From Chiloscyllium plagiosum (lineage: Eukaryota), in NCBI RefSeq assembly GCF_004010195.1, contig NC_057720.1:402031-465967 (forward strand): DNA of 63,937 nucleotides, given 5' to 3'. The notes under the pieces were generated by a model. The model did not search any database. It was not told the origin of the DNA and saw only the letters and a program-made list of their open reading frames with translations. Made by a program: the position numbers and the translations under genes. The stretch's first letter is position 1. Every line of letters starts with the position of its first letter. Positions 1-11,459 of the stretch are shown piece after piece.

Positions 1-452
1 TACCAGGATGTTGCCTGGTCTGGGGGGAAGGTCTTATGAAGAAAGGCTGAGAGACTTAGGTCTGTTCTCATTGGAAAGAAGAAGGCTAAGGGGGGATTTG
101 ATAGAGACATCCAAGACGATCAGAGGATTAGATAGGGTAGACAGTGAAAGTCTTTTTCCTAGGATGATGACTTCAGCGTGTACGAGGGGGCGTAACTACA
201 AATTGAGGGGTGATAGATTTAAGACAGATGTAAGAGACAGATTCTTTACGCAGAGAATGGTAAGGGTGTGGAATGCCCGACCTGCTAATGTAGTCAACTC
301 AGCCACATTAGGGAGATTTAAACAATCCTTGGATAAGCACATGGATGATTTTGGGATAGCGTAGGGGGACGAGCTGAGAATAGTTCACAGGTCGGTGCAA
401 CATCGAGGGCCGAAGGCCTGTTCTGCACTGTATTGTTCCATGTTCTTCTGTT
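1..452 (+). mobile_element. CR1-type LINE 3' end (same subfamily as 58740-59285)
   Basis: ORF2 C-terminus ([24 protein letters not shown]...FFTQRMVRVWN) and the CR1 3' tail ...TGTATTGTTCCATGTTCT. Confidence 0.9.
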
Positions 453-755
453 TCTGTTATTTTTGACTTTTCACCTTTGAACAGAATCAAAGCAGGAACG
501 AGTTTCTCAGGAGAAATTGAGTGGAAATCTGGAGTTCTCTCTACAACAGAAACATGAGACTCCCAGTAACAGAAACACTTCAGACTGAGATTGATGGTTC
601 CATTGGGGAAGAGTATGGACAGCGATGAGACTGAGGGATAATCTGATTGAAATCTCAGCACAGACTCAATGGGCTGAGTGTCCAGTGTCCAGAGACCCCT
701 GGGCTGTTCCTGAGGATCATCTTGTCCGGAAGAGGATTGGGTGATTTGATTCAGG

Positions 756-928
756 GCTTAAAAGTGTGTTGCTGGAAAAGCACAGCAGGTCAGGCAGCAT
801 CAAAGGAGAAGGAGAATCGACATTTCGGGCATAAGCCCTTCTCCTTTGATGCTGCCTGACCTGCTGCGCTTTTCCAGCAACACATTTTTAAGCTCTGATC
901 CTGAGCAACTGCAGTCCTCACTTTCTCC
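756..928. mobile_element. PLE-derived foldback element (family A) with 14-bp TSD
   Basis: Inverted arms GTGTTGCTGGAAAAGC... / ...GCTTTTCCAGCAACAC plus a one-sided tail CTGCAGTCCTCACTTTCTCC. Direct repeat TGATTTGATTCAGG at 742-755 and 929-942. Confidence 0.8.
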
Positions 929-1659
929 TGATTTGATTCAGGCATGACCTGTGACATTTGTAAATTAGAAGCACCTCACCTTGCTCTGTCTGAACAAAAA
1001 AGGGCAATTTTGAAGTTTCGGAATGATTTTGCGTGGAATTAGAATGGATGGGTTTTGATTCTGCACACACAGAGTGAGCAGGAATTCAGCCCGAGTGCTG
1101 TCTGGCAGATTGATTTCATCCATGTGCTCCGATAATTTCCAACTATTTCCTGCTCCCTTGCAGAATACTCTGCAGTCAGCGATGTCTCGATCATATACCG
1201 ACCGCAAACTGCAATCAAACCCTCACAGGGACAGACACACAATCCACTCAGCTCCATTCACCAGCCTCAGCCAGGGAGAGGAATGAGACTAAATACCAGC
1301 AGCAGCAGGAAATGGGTTCTCCCACGTTACAGTGTCTCGTCTGGTTACCATAAACTTCCCGCCGATTGGAGCAGGGAAGCTCCTGTTTCGTGAATAGAAA
1401 GAGGTTTGAAGTGAAGCACAGCTTCAAATAACCTTTGACCCAGTCCCGGCTGCCTGGACTTGAATAGATAGTTACACCATCAAACAGAATGCCAACACAA
1501 GTAGCAACTTGCTCACAGCTTCACAACAGCCAGACACAGGCTCAACCCATCAGGGAATTGACAGTGAATTCCGCTTCCTGCAGCGTTTACCCAACAAAAC
1601 AAACTCAGTCAAAATCACTCATAATTCACAAGGACCATTCAATACATTTCTGCTCATCT

Positions 1660-2085
1660 GAGGGAGTACCGCTTTGTCAGAGTGTCATAGGGTCAGTGCT
1701 GAGGGAGTGCGCACTGTCAGAGGGTCAGTGCTGAGGGAGTGCGCACTGGTCAGAGGGTCAGTACTGAGGGAGTGCTGCACTGTCAGAGGGTCAGTACTGA
1801 GGGAGTATCCCACTGTAAGAGGGTCAGTGCTCAGGGAGTACCGCACTGTAAGAGGGTCAGTGCTGAGGGGGTGCCGCACTGTCAGAGGGTCAGTGCTGAG
1901 GGAGTGCCGCACTGTCAGAGGGTCACTATTGAAGGAGTGCCACACTGTCAGAGGGTCAGCGCTGAGGGAGTGCAGCACTGTCAGAGGGTCAGTGCAGACG
2001 GAGTGCCACACTGTCAGAGGGTCAGCGCTGAGGGAGTGCAGCACTGTCAGAGGGTCCGTATTTAGGGAGTGCCGCACTGTCGCAG
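1660..2085. repeat. 33-bp minisatellite (GAGGGAGTGCYGCACTGTCAGAGGGTCAGTRCT), array 1
   Basis: About 13 degenerate copies; they give the 11-aa periodic pseudo-ORFs in the track. Confidence 0.93.
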
Positions 2086-2347
2086 ATATCAGGCCTGAGA
2101 GGAGCAGTTGAAATAAAACCCGCATTTCCTCGGAGGTCAGGGGTAGAATTGTGAAGAGTTCTCTAGAGGCCTGTCCAGTGCTGGACTGTGATCGATTGGG
2201 TGATCTGGTTGTCATTATTTTGTTGTTTATTTGGGGCATTGCATTTCACACGTTCCTGGCCACTGTGCCCCATAATACCAGCCCATGTGGAATTGTTTCA
2301 TTCTTATCTCTCAGGATAAGCTGACTCTCATTGCACATCACATTGTT

Positions 2348-3030
2348 CTGTCCATCACCTCCCAGTGTCCACCATCTCCCACTGTCCATCACCTCCCAGT
2401 GTCCACCATCTCCCACTGTCCATCACCTCCCAGTGTCCACCATCTCCCACTGTCCATCACCTCCCAGTGTCCACCATCTCCCACTGTCCATCACCTCCCA
2501 GTGTCCACCATCTCCCACTGTCCATCACCTCCCAGTGTCCACCATCTCCCACTGTCCATCACCTCCCAGTGTCCACCATCTCCCACTGTCCATCACCTCC
2601 CAGTGTCCACCATCTCCCACTGTCCATCACCTCCCAGTGTCCACCATCTCCCACTGTCCATCACCTCCCAGTGTCCACCATCTCCCACTGTCCATCACCT
2701 CCCAGTGTCCACCATCTCCCACTGTCCATCACCTCCCAGTGTCCACCATCTCCCACTGTCCATCACCTCCCAGTGTCCACCATCTCCCACTGTCCATCAC
2801 CTCCCAGTGTCCACCATCTCCCACTGTCCATCACCTCCCAGTGTCCACCATCTCCCACTGTCCATCACCTCCCAGTGTCCACCATCTCCCACTGTCCATC
2901 ACCTCCCAGCCCACTGTCCACCACCTCCCACTGTCCACCACCTCCCACTGTCCATCACCTCCCACTGTCCATCACCTCCCATTGTCCACTACCTCCCATT
3001 GTCCACACTCCCCCGCCACCCACATCTCCC
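2348..3030. repeat. 34-bp tandem repeat (dimer of 17-mers CTGTCCATCACCTCCCA + GTGTCCACCATCTCCCA)
   Basis: 16.5 apparently perfect 34-bp units at 2348-2908, then degenerate 17-mer monomers to about 3030. Confidence 0.95.
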
Positions 3031-3199
3031 CCACATTCACTGAGCCATTCCTACAAATCCCTCAATAGTTCAGGTTTCCGATAGGGATCTGGTTGCAGTT
3101 CCTGTCCCCGTTCAGACTCTGTCCCGATGACACTGGGAACCAGAAACTGTTGAAACATATCATGTGACAGAGAGAAAATCCAATCAAATCACCACTTAC

Positions 3200-3256
3200 C
3201 ACAGGACCCGCTCTTCCTGTCAATCCCATTGGCCCAGTTGGACCTCGCATTGCAAT
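3200..3256 (-). CDS. col11a1: Collagen alpha-1(XI) exon 14, 57 bp, IAMRGPTGPMGLTGRAGPV (start of major triple helix)
   Basis: CTCCAG|ATT ... GTG|GTAAGT. Matches the recalled human IALRGPPGPMGLTGRPGPV. Confidence 0.94.
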
Positions 3257-3289
3257 CTGGAGAGAACACACAAACATGTTAACAATGAG

Positions 3290-3535
3290 GAGAGTCTGAG
3301 GGAGAGACAGGGTAAGAGGATCTGAGGGAGAGAGAGAGAGTTAGAGAGAGTCTGAGGGGGAGAGAGAGAGAGAGAGTTAGATAGGGGCTGAGGGAGAGAC
3401 TGAGAGTTAGAGAAGGTCTGAGACAGAGCGTGAGAGTTACAGGTTCTGAGAGAGAGTTGGAGAGATGGAGTGTGTTTTAGATAGAGTGAGAGCATGAAAG
3501 AGAAAGGGGAGGAGAAAGGGAGGAGAGAGAGAGTT
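3290..3535. repeat. GA-rich low-complexity tract filling intron 13
   Basis: Interrupted (GA)n runs; CT-rich on the pre-mRNA strand. Confidence 0.8.
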
Positions 3536-3563
3536 TGTTTGCTGTGTTCTGGCATTGACTTAC

Positions 3564-3647
3564 CCTTGCCTGCTGTAGAATCGCCTGAGCCTGGGCTTCC
3601 TGAGCTGATATCACTGGCCCCTTCTCACCACTCGAACCATACCGGAA
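3564..3647 (-). CDS. col11a1: Collagen alpha-1(XI) exon 13, 84 bp, [28 protein letters not shown]
   Basis: GTGCAG|TTC ... [29 protein letters not shown] and the 84-bp length fit COL11A1. Confidence 0.94.
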
Positions 3648-6600
3648 CTGCACACAACAGAGACACACAATCACCTCAAACTACACGCCATGGTACAAAT
3701 TAATCACAAGTGCATGTGTAAATTGAGGATTTACTCTGGCCTGAAGGTATTACCTTGGACAGTCACTCTGAGGATAAAACTCGTTCTGCCTTTCCTGTTA
3801 GCCACCATCCATTACCGTTGCATTATCGTTGCCCATAAAACTAACAACCCAGCTGAGAGAAACCACAACAAAAACAATTCACGCTCACACGATAGAGAGA
3901 CACCACTCCCAGTGATAGCACAGAATGGAGGAAAGAGGCAAAATCTTCAAATTAGGCTGAACTGAGGCAGCATTTCTTCATGAGCAGCAGCGACATGTGT
4001 CTGGGTCTCTGTCCTGAAAGCAGTTGCAGGACCAATGGGAGAGTGAAGGTGGCACAATCGAGTCGGGTCAATGGAGTTTCTTGCTGCAGTTTGAAAAGGA
4101 GATGGAGCAAATTCGGGAAAATGGGAAGCGGGCTAGAATTGAGTCACCATCTGATTGATTAGGCTGAATGGTTCCTGTTTCTCTCACCCATTTCATCCTC
4201 ACAGTGCCAGTCTCAAACCTGCTAGCCCAGTGGTGTCTATCCTGTCTGTGTTTATCTGGAGAGATTTCTGAAGTGAGGGGTTCCTGTGACTCGTTGGGAA
4301 GGATCCCTGTCCCAGGGCCTTAAACTCTGGATTCAAGCCCCACTCAGGCACTTGCCAGCTGGGGGTGAGGAGGGGGTGTTGATAATACAGCCTTACAGGC
4401 CCAGTGACCATCTGCAAACCCTTTCAATGACCCAGCAGCAGGCAGTAAGAGTGTTGGGGATTCCTGGTCAGCTAGGCCTGGTTGGCAGTTCCAGTCCTCA
4501 GGTCCAGGTGACAGGGAAGCAATCTCCTCAAGGGGCCAATCTGCGATGGGAATGGACACAAACATGTGTTTTATCCGACCCTTCCCCACTCTGTGAGAGA
4601 AACAGAGTTCTGCAGGTGTAATCTTCCATCGGTGAGAGTCTAACAGCAGCATTAGATTATAACCAAGTCCCAATACAGCCTTTAATGATTTACTCCAATC
4701 ATTGCTCAGTTTTCTGTGTGAAATCTCAGTGCCATGAAGGTGGTGGGGACTGAGGTGTTTCCAAAAAGTAACAACAGTGAATAAACATGCACAGGGGTGT
4801 GGGACTGGATTGATGGACAGCATGGACTCAAAGGGTTGAATGGCCACTCTCAGTTCACAGACCTTCACAGGCTGTGGTTTCAATTTGAGGTTCAGGATAC
4901 GGCAGTAACGTTTTTAATTGTTCATTCCATACAAGCAATTCCTCTGACTGCAAGGCCTCCAAACGATTATGTAACATCATTGATACAAGACCAAAACGAA
5001 AGCCTGTTGTAGGATGCTGTTCTGGATCCAGCTGGTACTTCACACAAAGCCATCCTAACCCTCCAGGAACTGACTCAGTCCACCTATCCTTCATCAGTCA
5101 GACTTTGACAGTGGCCTCAACAGAATCCTCAAATAATACAGGCCATTCAGGCAATTGTACCCATGCTAGCTCTTTGAAAGAATTATTTCTGACTTCAGTG
5201 AAAAGCTTTCCCTTTCCCAGTGTTTCCCCGATTCCCTGTGTGAAAGTTCTGATTGATTCTGCTCCCACCGCCCTTTCAGGCAGCACCTTCCAGATCTGAA
5301 CAACTCACTGTGTAAAACAATCTCCCTCACCTCCCCCTCTCGGGCTTTTCCCTATTCCCTTCAGTCAGTGAGCCAGCCTCCTGCCAGGATTTATTAAAAT
5401 CTGGAGATCTGGGTGCAATTTGTAAAGGATTAGTTTATAAACAATCAGCCCTACCTTCTCCACATCTGGAATCTAACAGCAGTAACACTGAGGCAGGTTT
5501 CAATACTCCTTGGACTGAGATAAAAATGAAACTGTCTCTTCTTCATGAAATACTTTCCAAACTATCTCGGTGTTGTCTGGGAATTAATCCACTGTGCGTT
5601 CACTCCCCTCCTCCACATTATTGATGTAAGTTGTAAAAGGTTTAGGTCCCAGCACAGAGCCCTGGGGGCTTGCACTCACCACATCCTGACAAGCAACAAA
5701 GACCCATTTCTTCATAGTCTCTGTTTTCTGTCAGCTGGCCAGTCTTCTATCCATGGTAATCTGTTACCCCCTACACCATGAGCTTTTATTTTCTGTCATA
5801 GCCTTTGATGTAGCACCCTGAATTGTCTCCTAGAAGAGGAGGTAGTGTAGTTGTAATGTCACTGGATGAGCAACACAGAACCCTGGGATAACGTTTTGGG
5901 GACATGGATGCAAATCCTACCATAAATGGTGAAATGTGAATTCAATAAAATATCTGGAATGGAAAATTCTGGCCTTACGATGGCCATGAACTTACTGCTG
6001 CTTACTGTAAAACCCCTCTGGTTCAGTAATGCCCATTAGGGGAGGAAGCTGCTGTCCTTACCTGGTCATGCCTGTTTGTGACTCCAGACCAATTGGAATG
6101 GGTTTGACTCTTAATTGCCATCTGGGTAATTAGGGATGGGTAATAAATGCTGGATAATAAAACAGATGTTGAGTCAATTTGGAATTTCAAGACTGAGTTT
6201 GATTAATGTTTAGGGTAATAAGGATCACACAGAAACAAGGTGGGATAGTTTAGTGATGACCAAATGCAGCTGAATGGTTTCCCACTTTCTGAAGGGAATC
6301 AATAATTCTGTTGATAAAAGCCATGGATCTAGTCTGCTTCTTTTAACAGGCTTATTCAGTTCTCCTTCCATCCACAAAGGCTCATGTGTTTGACCTGACG
6401 GGTGCAATAGTCTCTGAGAGAGAGGGTGAGGGTGGGGGAACTGCAGGGAATCTCTGCAGGATGCTCGAACCTTCTGGCTGACCTCAACTCTGGCACCGTG
6501 GAGCTTGTGCTGTTTCCAATTTCACTAAAGACCTCATAAGAAGAATCGACAAGCAACTGGATTGAGTTATTCTAAACAATAATCTCTTTGCCACACTCCA

Positions 6601-6739
6601 TTTGCTGAGGCACAAAGATCGCAAGCAAAACAGAAGTTGCTGGAAAAACTCAGCAGTTCTGTCAGCATCAGCGGAGAGAAAACAGAGTTAATATTTCAGG
6701 TCCCAGTGACCCTTCCTCATAACTGATAATACTTTGGAA

Positions 6740-7258
6740 AAGGTGGAATATATGCTGAAGATGGTATATATGCTGAAGATGGTATATATGCTGAAGGTGA
6801 TATATATGTTGAAGGTGGTGTATATGCTGAAGATAGTGTATACATTGAAGGTGGTATAAATGCTGAAGATGGCATATATGCATAAGGTGGTATATATGTA
6901 GAAGATCATATATATGCTGAAGGTGGTATATATGTTGAAGGTGGTAAAAACAAGGACTGCAGAGCTCTATGTCTGATGAAGGGCTTTTGCCCGAAACGTC
7001 AATTTTCCTGCTCTTCGGATGCTGCCTGACCTGCTGTGCTTTTCCAGCACCACTCTAATCTAGACTCTAGATGTTGAAGGTTTTATATATATGGGTGAAG
7101 TTGGTACATATGCAGAAGGTGGTATATATGTTGAAGGTAGTATATATGCTGAAGGTGGTATATATCCTGAAGGTGCTTTATATGTTGAAGATGGTATATA
7201 TATTGAAGGTGGCATATATGCTGACGATTGTATGTACATTAAAGATGGTATATATGCT
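6740..7258. repeat. 18-bp minisatellite (ATATATGCTGAAGGTGGT), interrupted by a family A PLE insertion at about 6943-7070
   Basis: About 20 degenerate copies on both sides of the insertion. Confidence 0.9.
6973..7000 (+). ncRNA. Minimal hammerhead ribozyme motif in a PLE terminus
   Basis: CTGATGA-A-GGGC TTTT GCCC-GAAAC-GTC: catalytic core, 4-bp stem II, palindromic ACGT stem III and a GUC site. Stem I is weak. Confidence 0.6.
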
Positions 7259-8106
7259 GTTCCCTGGCCAATATCTCTGTTTCAGTTGTGCTGCAGTGCT
7301 CCAGTGAAGCTCAGTGTAAGCTGGAAGAACAGCATCTCATTTTTCGTTGGGAACTCTACAGCCTTCTGGACTCCATATCGTTTTCAAAACTTTTAGGGCC
7401 TGAGCACCTTCTCCCATGTTCCTCCCCAAAACCCCACACCCCAGACCCTGTCATGATAAAGGCTACTGTTAGCAGAGCCAACCCACTCCCACTCACTAAT
7501 GCTCCCTGTTATCAGCTTCTCCTCTCTCTAGCTCACCATTACCAATCCCTTTGTCTGCTGACTCACTATCCGCGCTCTCTGGTCTCCAAGTCAACCAAGC
7601 GTTTATTTCTCTCTTCACCCCACCCCCCCCACCCCCCCATCCCCTGTCTTCAGTATAAATACTGAAGTATACTTTATAGATACATCAATTCTGCAGAAGA
7701 GACACTGAACAAAACATTAACTCTATTTCTCTCTCCACAGATGCTGAGTTTCTCCAGCAGATCTGACAGAGTGAGTTTGATGGAGAGAGTTTGATGGAGT
7801 AAATCAGGAGAAAGTGTTTCTCGGGGCAGGAGGGTGAGGGAGCAGAGGGAGACAGATTGAAGGGAAAAGCCCCAGGAGGAGAGGGGAGGGGGATTGTTTT
7901 ACACAGTGAGTTGTTGGGGTCTGGAAGGTGCTGCCTGAAAGGGCGGTGGGAGCAGATTCCATCAGAACTTTCACACAGGAACCGGGGGGGGGGAGGGAAT
8001 GGTGACCTACTTTGGACAGTTTTTTTTTCAAAGATCTAGCATGGGTTTGATGGGCTAAAAGACCTCATTCTGTGCTGTTGGATTTCATGATTCCTCATTG
8101 ACTTTA

Positions 8107-8277
<171 letters not shown>

Positions 8278-8714
8278 TTAATCCATTTTTCAGGTGGGTT
8301 TAATGTAGCAAGTAACGTCAGGGGCTGAGAGTGGGGGAGGGAGGGAATAGCAGAGAATCTCAGCCCTCAGGGAAATGGCTACATAATTTCCAACATTCCT
8401 GCATTCCTGTCGAATATGAAAATTCACTTTTCTCTTGCCACGGGGGCTTCACTCTGCGTCTGGTGATCATTCAATCAAACAAAATGACAACTTCTCCCTC
8501 CCTAACAGTTCACACACTCCTATCTGTTACTCGGGACAATTAAATCCAGCAGTCTCACGTTTAACATGCCCTCAACTTTATCAGATCACGGACTGAAAAA
8601 TAAACCACTTACATTTACGCAGCACCCAAATCTACCTCAGGAGCTAACAATACGTTTCACAGTAAATACTGTCACAAAGTCAGTGACAAAGCAGCTACCA
8701 TTCATACAGTGAGA

Positions 8715-9660
8715 GGAGGTGATGGTGTCATGGATAATGTCACTGGACCAGTAACCCAGAAACATGGAACTGATCTTGGGGACTAGGTACAGTTCCCATC
8801 ACAGCAGATAGTAAAATGTTAATACAATAAACATAAGCGTCTAAAACCCATCAGGTCACTAACGTCATTCAGGGAAGGAAACTGTCAGCCTTACCTGGTC
8901 TGGCCTACAGGTGACTCCAGACCCACAGCAATGTGATTTGTTCTGAACTGGTCTCTGAAATAGCTCTAGGAAGGTACATCATTGTATGAAACAAATCATA
9001 ATTTACTGAAAAGCATTGAATCTGGACGGATCACCTGGCATCGACCTAGGAACTGAAAAAGACAACGACAGAAACAGTCCTGTCGACCCTGCACAGTCCC
9101 CCTCACTAACATCTGGGGGTTAGTGCCAACATTGGGAGAGCTGTCTCACAGACTAGTCAAGTAACAGCCTGACACAGTCATTCTCACAGGATCATACCCT
9201 ACAGACAATGTCCCAGACACCACCATCACCATCCCACTGACAGGACAGACCAGCAGAAGGGGCAGCACAGTGGGATACAGTCAGGAGGGAGTTGCTCTGG
9301 GAGTCCTCACTCCAGACCCCAGGAACTCTCATGGCTCCAGGTTAAACATGGGCATGGAAACCTCCTGCTGATTACTGCATACCCTCCTCCCTTGGCTGAT
9401 GGATCAGTAACCTTCCATGTTGAACAACACTTGGAGGAAGCACTGAGGGGGACAAGGACACAGAATATACTCTGGGGGGTGGGGGATTTCACTGTCCCAT
9501 CACCAAGAGTGGCTCGGCAGCAGCATTACGGGTCCTAAAGGATATAACTGCTGGACTGGGTCTGCAGCAGGTGGTGAAGGAACCAACAAGAGGGAAAAGC
9601 ATACTCGACCTCATTCTTACCAATCTGTCAGCTGCAGATGCATCTGCCTATGACAATATC
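8715..9660 (+). mobile_element. L2/CR1-group LINE 5' fragment: SINE-like 5' module followed by a disrupted APE-endonuclease region
   Basis: Translates NIWGLVPTLGELSHRLVK*QPDTVIL...GGFHC...PTRGKSILDLILTN. Related copies at 41250-41660 and 46490-46730. Confidence 0.65.
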
Positions 9661-9664
9661 CTTC

Positions 9665-10830
9665 CTGTAACTAAACACAATACTCTAAGTGTGGCCGAAT
9701 CAAAGTCTCATAAAGCAGCAACGTGACATCCTGACTCTTATACTCAGTTCCTTGACCAATAAAGGCCTTCTTTTACCACCCTAACTACTTGCATGGCCAG
9801 TTTCAGGGAGCTATGGACTTGAACCCCAAGATCCTTCTATACATCAATGCTGTTCAGGGTCCTGCCAGTAACTATATACTTTTCATTAACATTTGATCTC
9901 CCAAAGTGCAGCCCCTCGCACTTACCCAGATTAAACTCCATCTGCCATTTCTTCTCCCGTATCTGCAAATTATCTATATCCTGCTGTATCCTTTGACAAC
10001 CTTCTACACTATCCACAGCTCCACTGATCTTTGTATTGTCTGAAAACTGACTAACTGACCCACCTATCTTGTCATCTAAGTCATTTATATACATCACAAA
10101 CAGCAGAGGTCCCAGGAAGGATCCCTGCAGAACACAATTAGTCATGGACCTTCAGCCTGAAAAACATCCTTCCACCATGACACTCTGTCTTCTATGATTA
10201 ATGGCGCTGGAAGAGCACAGCAGTTCAGGAAGCATCCAAGGAGCAGCGAAATCGACGTTTCGGGCAAAAGCTCTTCTCCTCGGATGCTGCCTGAACTGCT
10301 GTGCTCTTCCAGCACCACTAATCCAGAATCTGGTTTCCAGCATCTGCAATCATTGTTTTTACCACTCTGTCTTCTATGTGCAAACCAATTCTGAATCCAC
10401 GCGGCCAGGTAACCAAGGACCCCATGCATCCAAATCTTCTGGATGCACCAGCATAAGGGACCTTGTTGAAAGCCTCACTAAAATCCATGTAAACAATCCA
10501 CTGCTCCACCCTCATCGATCACTTTTGTCACCTTCTCGAAAAATTAAATCAAGTTAGTAAGACATGACCTATCCTGCACAAAGCCATGCTGACTGCTCCT
10601 AATTAGGTCATGCTTTTCCAAATATGTGTCAATCTTATCCCTAAGAATCCTCTCCAATAGCTTCTGACAACCAATGTGAGCCTCAAAAGTCTACAGTTTC
10701 CTGGATTATCCCCATTTCCCTTTTATTAAACAGAGGAACAACATTAACTACCTGCCATTCCTCTGGGATCTCTCCAGTGGCTGGCGAGGACACAAAGATC
10801 TTGGTCAAGGCTCCAGCAATCTCCTCTCTA
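9665..10830 (-). mobile_element. CR1 LINE RT fragment
   Basis: VLQGSFLGPLLFVMYINDLD and VYMDFSEAFNKVP motifs; interrupted by a PLE insertion. Confidence 0.88.
10197..10362. mobile_element. PLE-derived foldback element (family A variant) with 16-bp TSD
   Basis: CACTCTGTCTTCTATG at 10181-10196 and 10363-10378; inverted arms and one-sided tail. Confidence 0.85.
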
Positions 10831-11054
10831 TTTGACAATGTGGAAAATTGCCCCAGTATGTCCAGTACATAAAGAACAGGACAAATCCCATCGTCTCTCC
10901 ACTTTTAAATTGCGTGCCTGTACATTTCCTCCACTTCACCTGATGAAGGGACAGCACTCCGAAGGCTTGTAATTTCAAATAAACCTGTTGGATTACAACC
11001 TGGGGTCGTGTGACTTCTGATTTTGTCCACCCCGGTCCAACACCAGCACCTCCA

Positions 11055-11455
11055 GGACATCTCTGCAGGAGTTCCTCACGGGAGTATCCAAGGCCCAACC
11101 ATCTTCAGTAGATTAATCAATGACCATCCCTCCTTCATAAGGTCAGAAATGGGGATATTCGCCAATGATTACACGGTGTTCAGCTCCATTGATGACTCCT
11201 CAGACACTGAAGAAGTCCATGTTTAAATGCAACAAGATCTGGACCATACCCAGGCTTGGGCTAAGAGGTGACATGTAACACTGGCACCACACGAATGCCA
11301 GGCTATGACCATCTCCAATAAGCAACAATCTAATTACTGCCCCTTGACATTCAATCGAGTTACCATCACTGAATCCACCACTATCAACGAACCTCGTAAT
11401 TACCATTGACCAGAAATTCAACTGGACTCACCACATAAACACAGTAACTGCAAAG
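11055..11455 (+). mobile_element. L2/CR1-group LINE RT fragment
   Basis: SAGVPHGSIQGPTIFSRLINDHP...GIFANDY (degenerate RT motifs). Confidence 0.75.
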
Positions 11456-11459
11456 AAAG

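Larger units (their letters stand above)
6625..7760. mobile_element. PLE (family B) remnant: inverted terminal segment (about 6625-6725) plus GIY-YIG C-terminus and 3' end (about 7260-7760)
   Basis: 7305-7395 reads EAQCKLEEQHLIFR, then frameshifts to GTLQPSGL, typical of a PLE endonuclease C-terminus. The two terminal segments are reverse complements (GGAGAGAAAACAGAGTTAAT / ATTAACTCTATTTCTCTCTCC). Confidence 0.65.

Noticed and set aside
1674..3084. Long ORFs with periodic peptides (LRECCTVRGSV, HHLPLSITSQCPP)
   Set aside because: They are translations of stop-free tandem repeats, open in several frames, with no splice or homology support.
1..3199. Exon 15 (54-bp Gly-X-Y exon)
   Set aside because: No Gly-X-Y frame with AG/GT boundaries was found; presumably beyond the window start.
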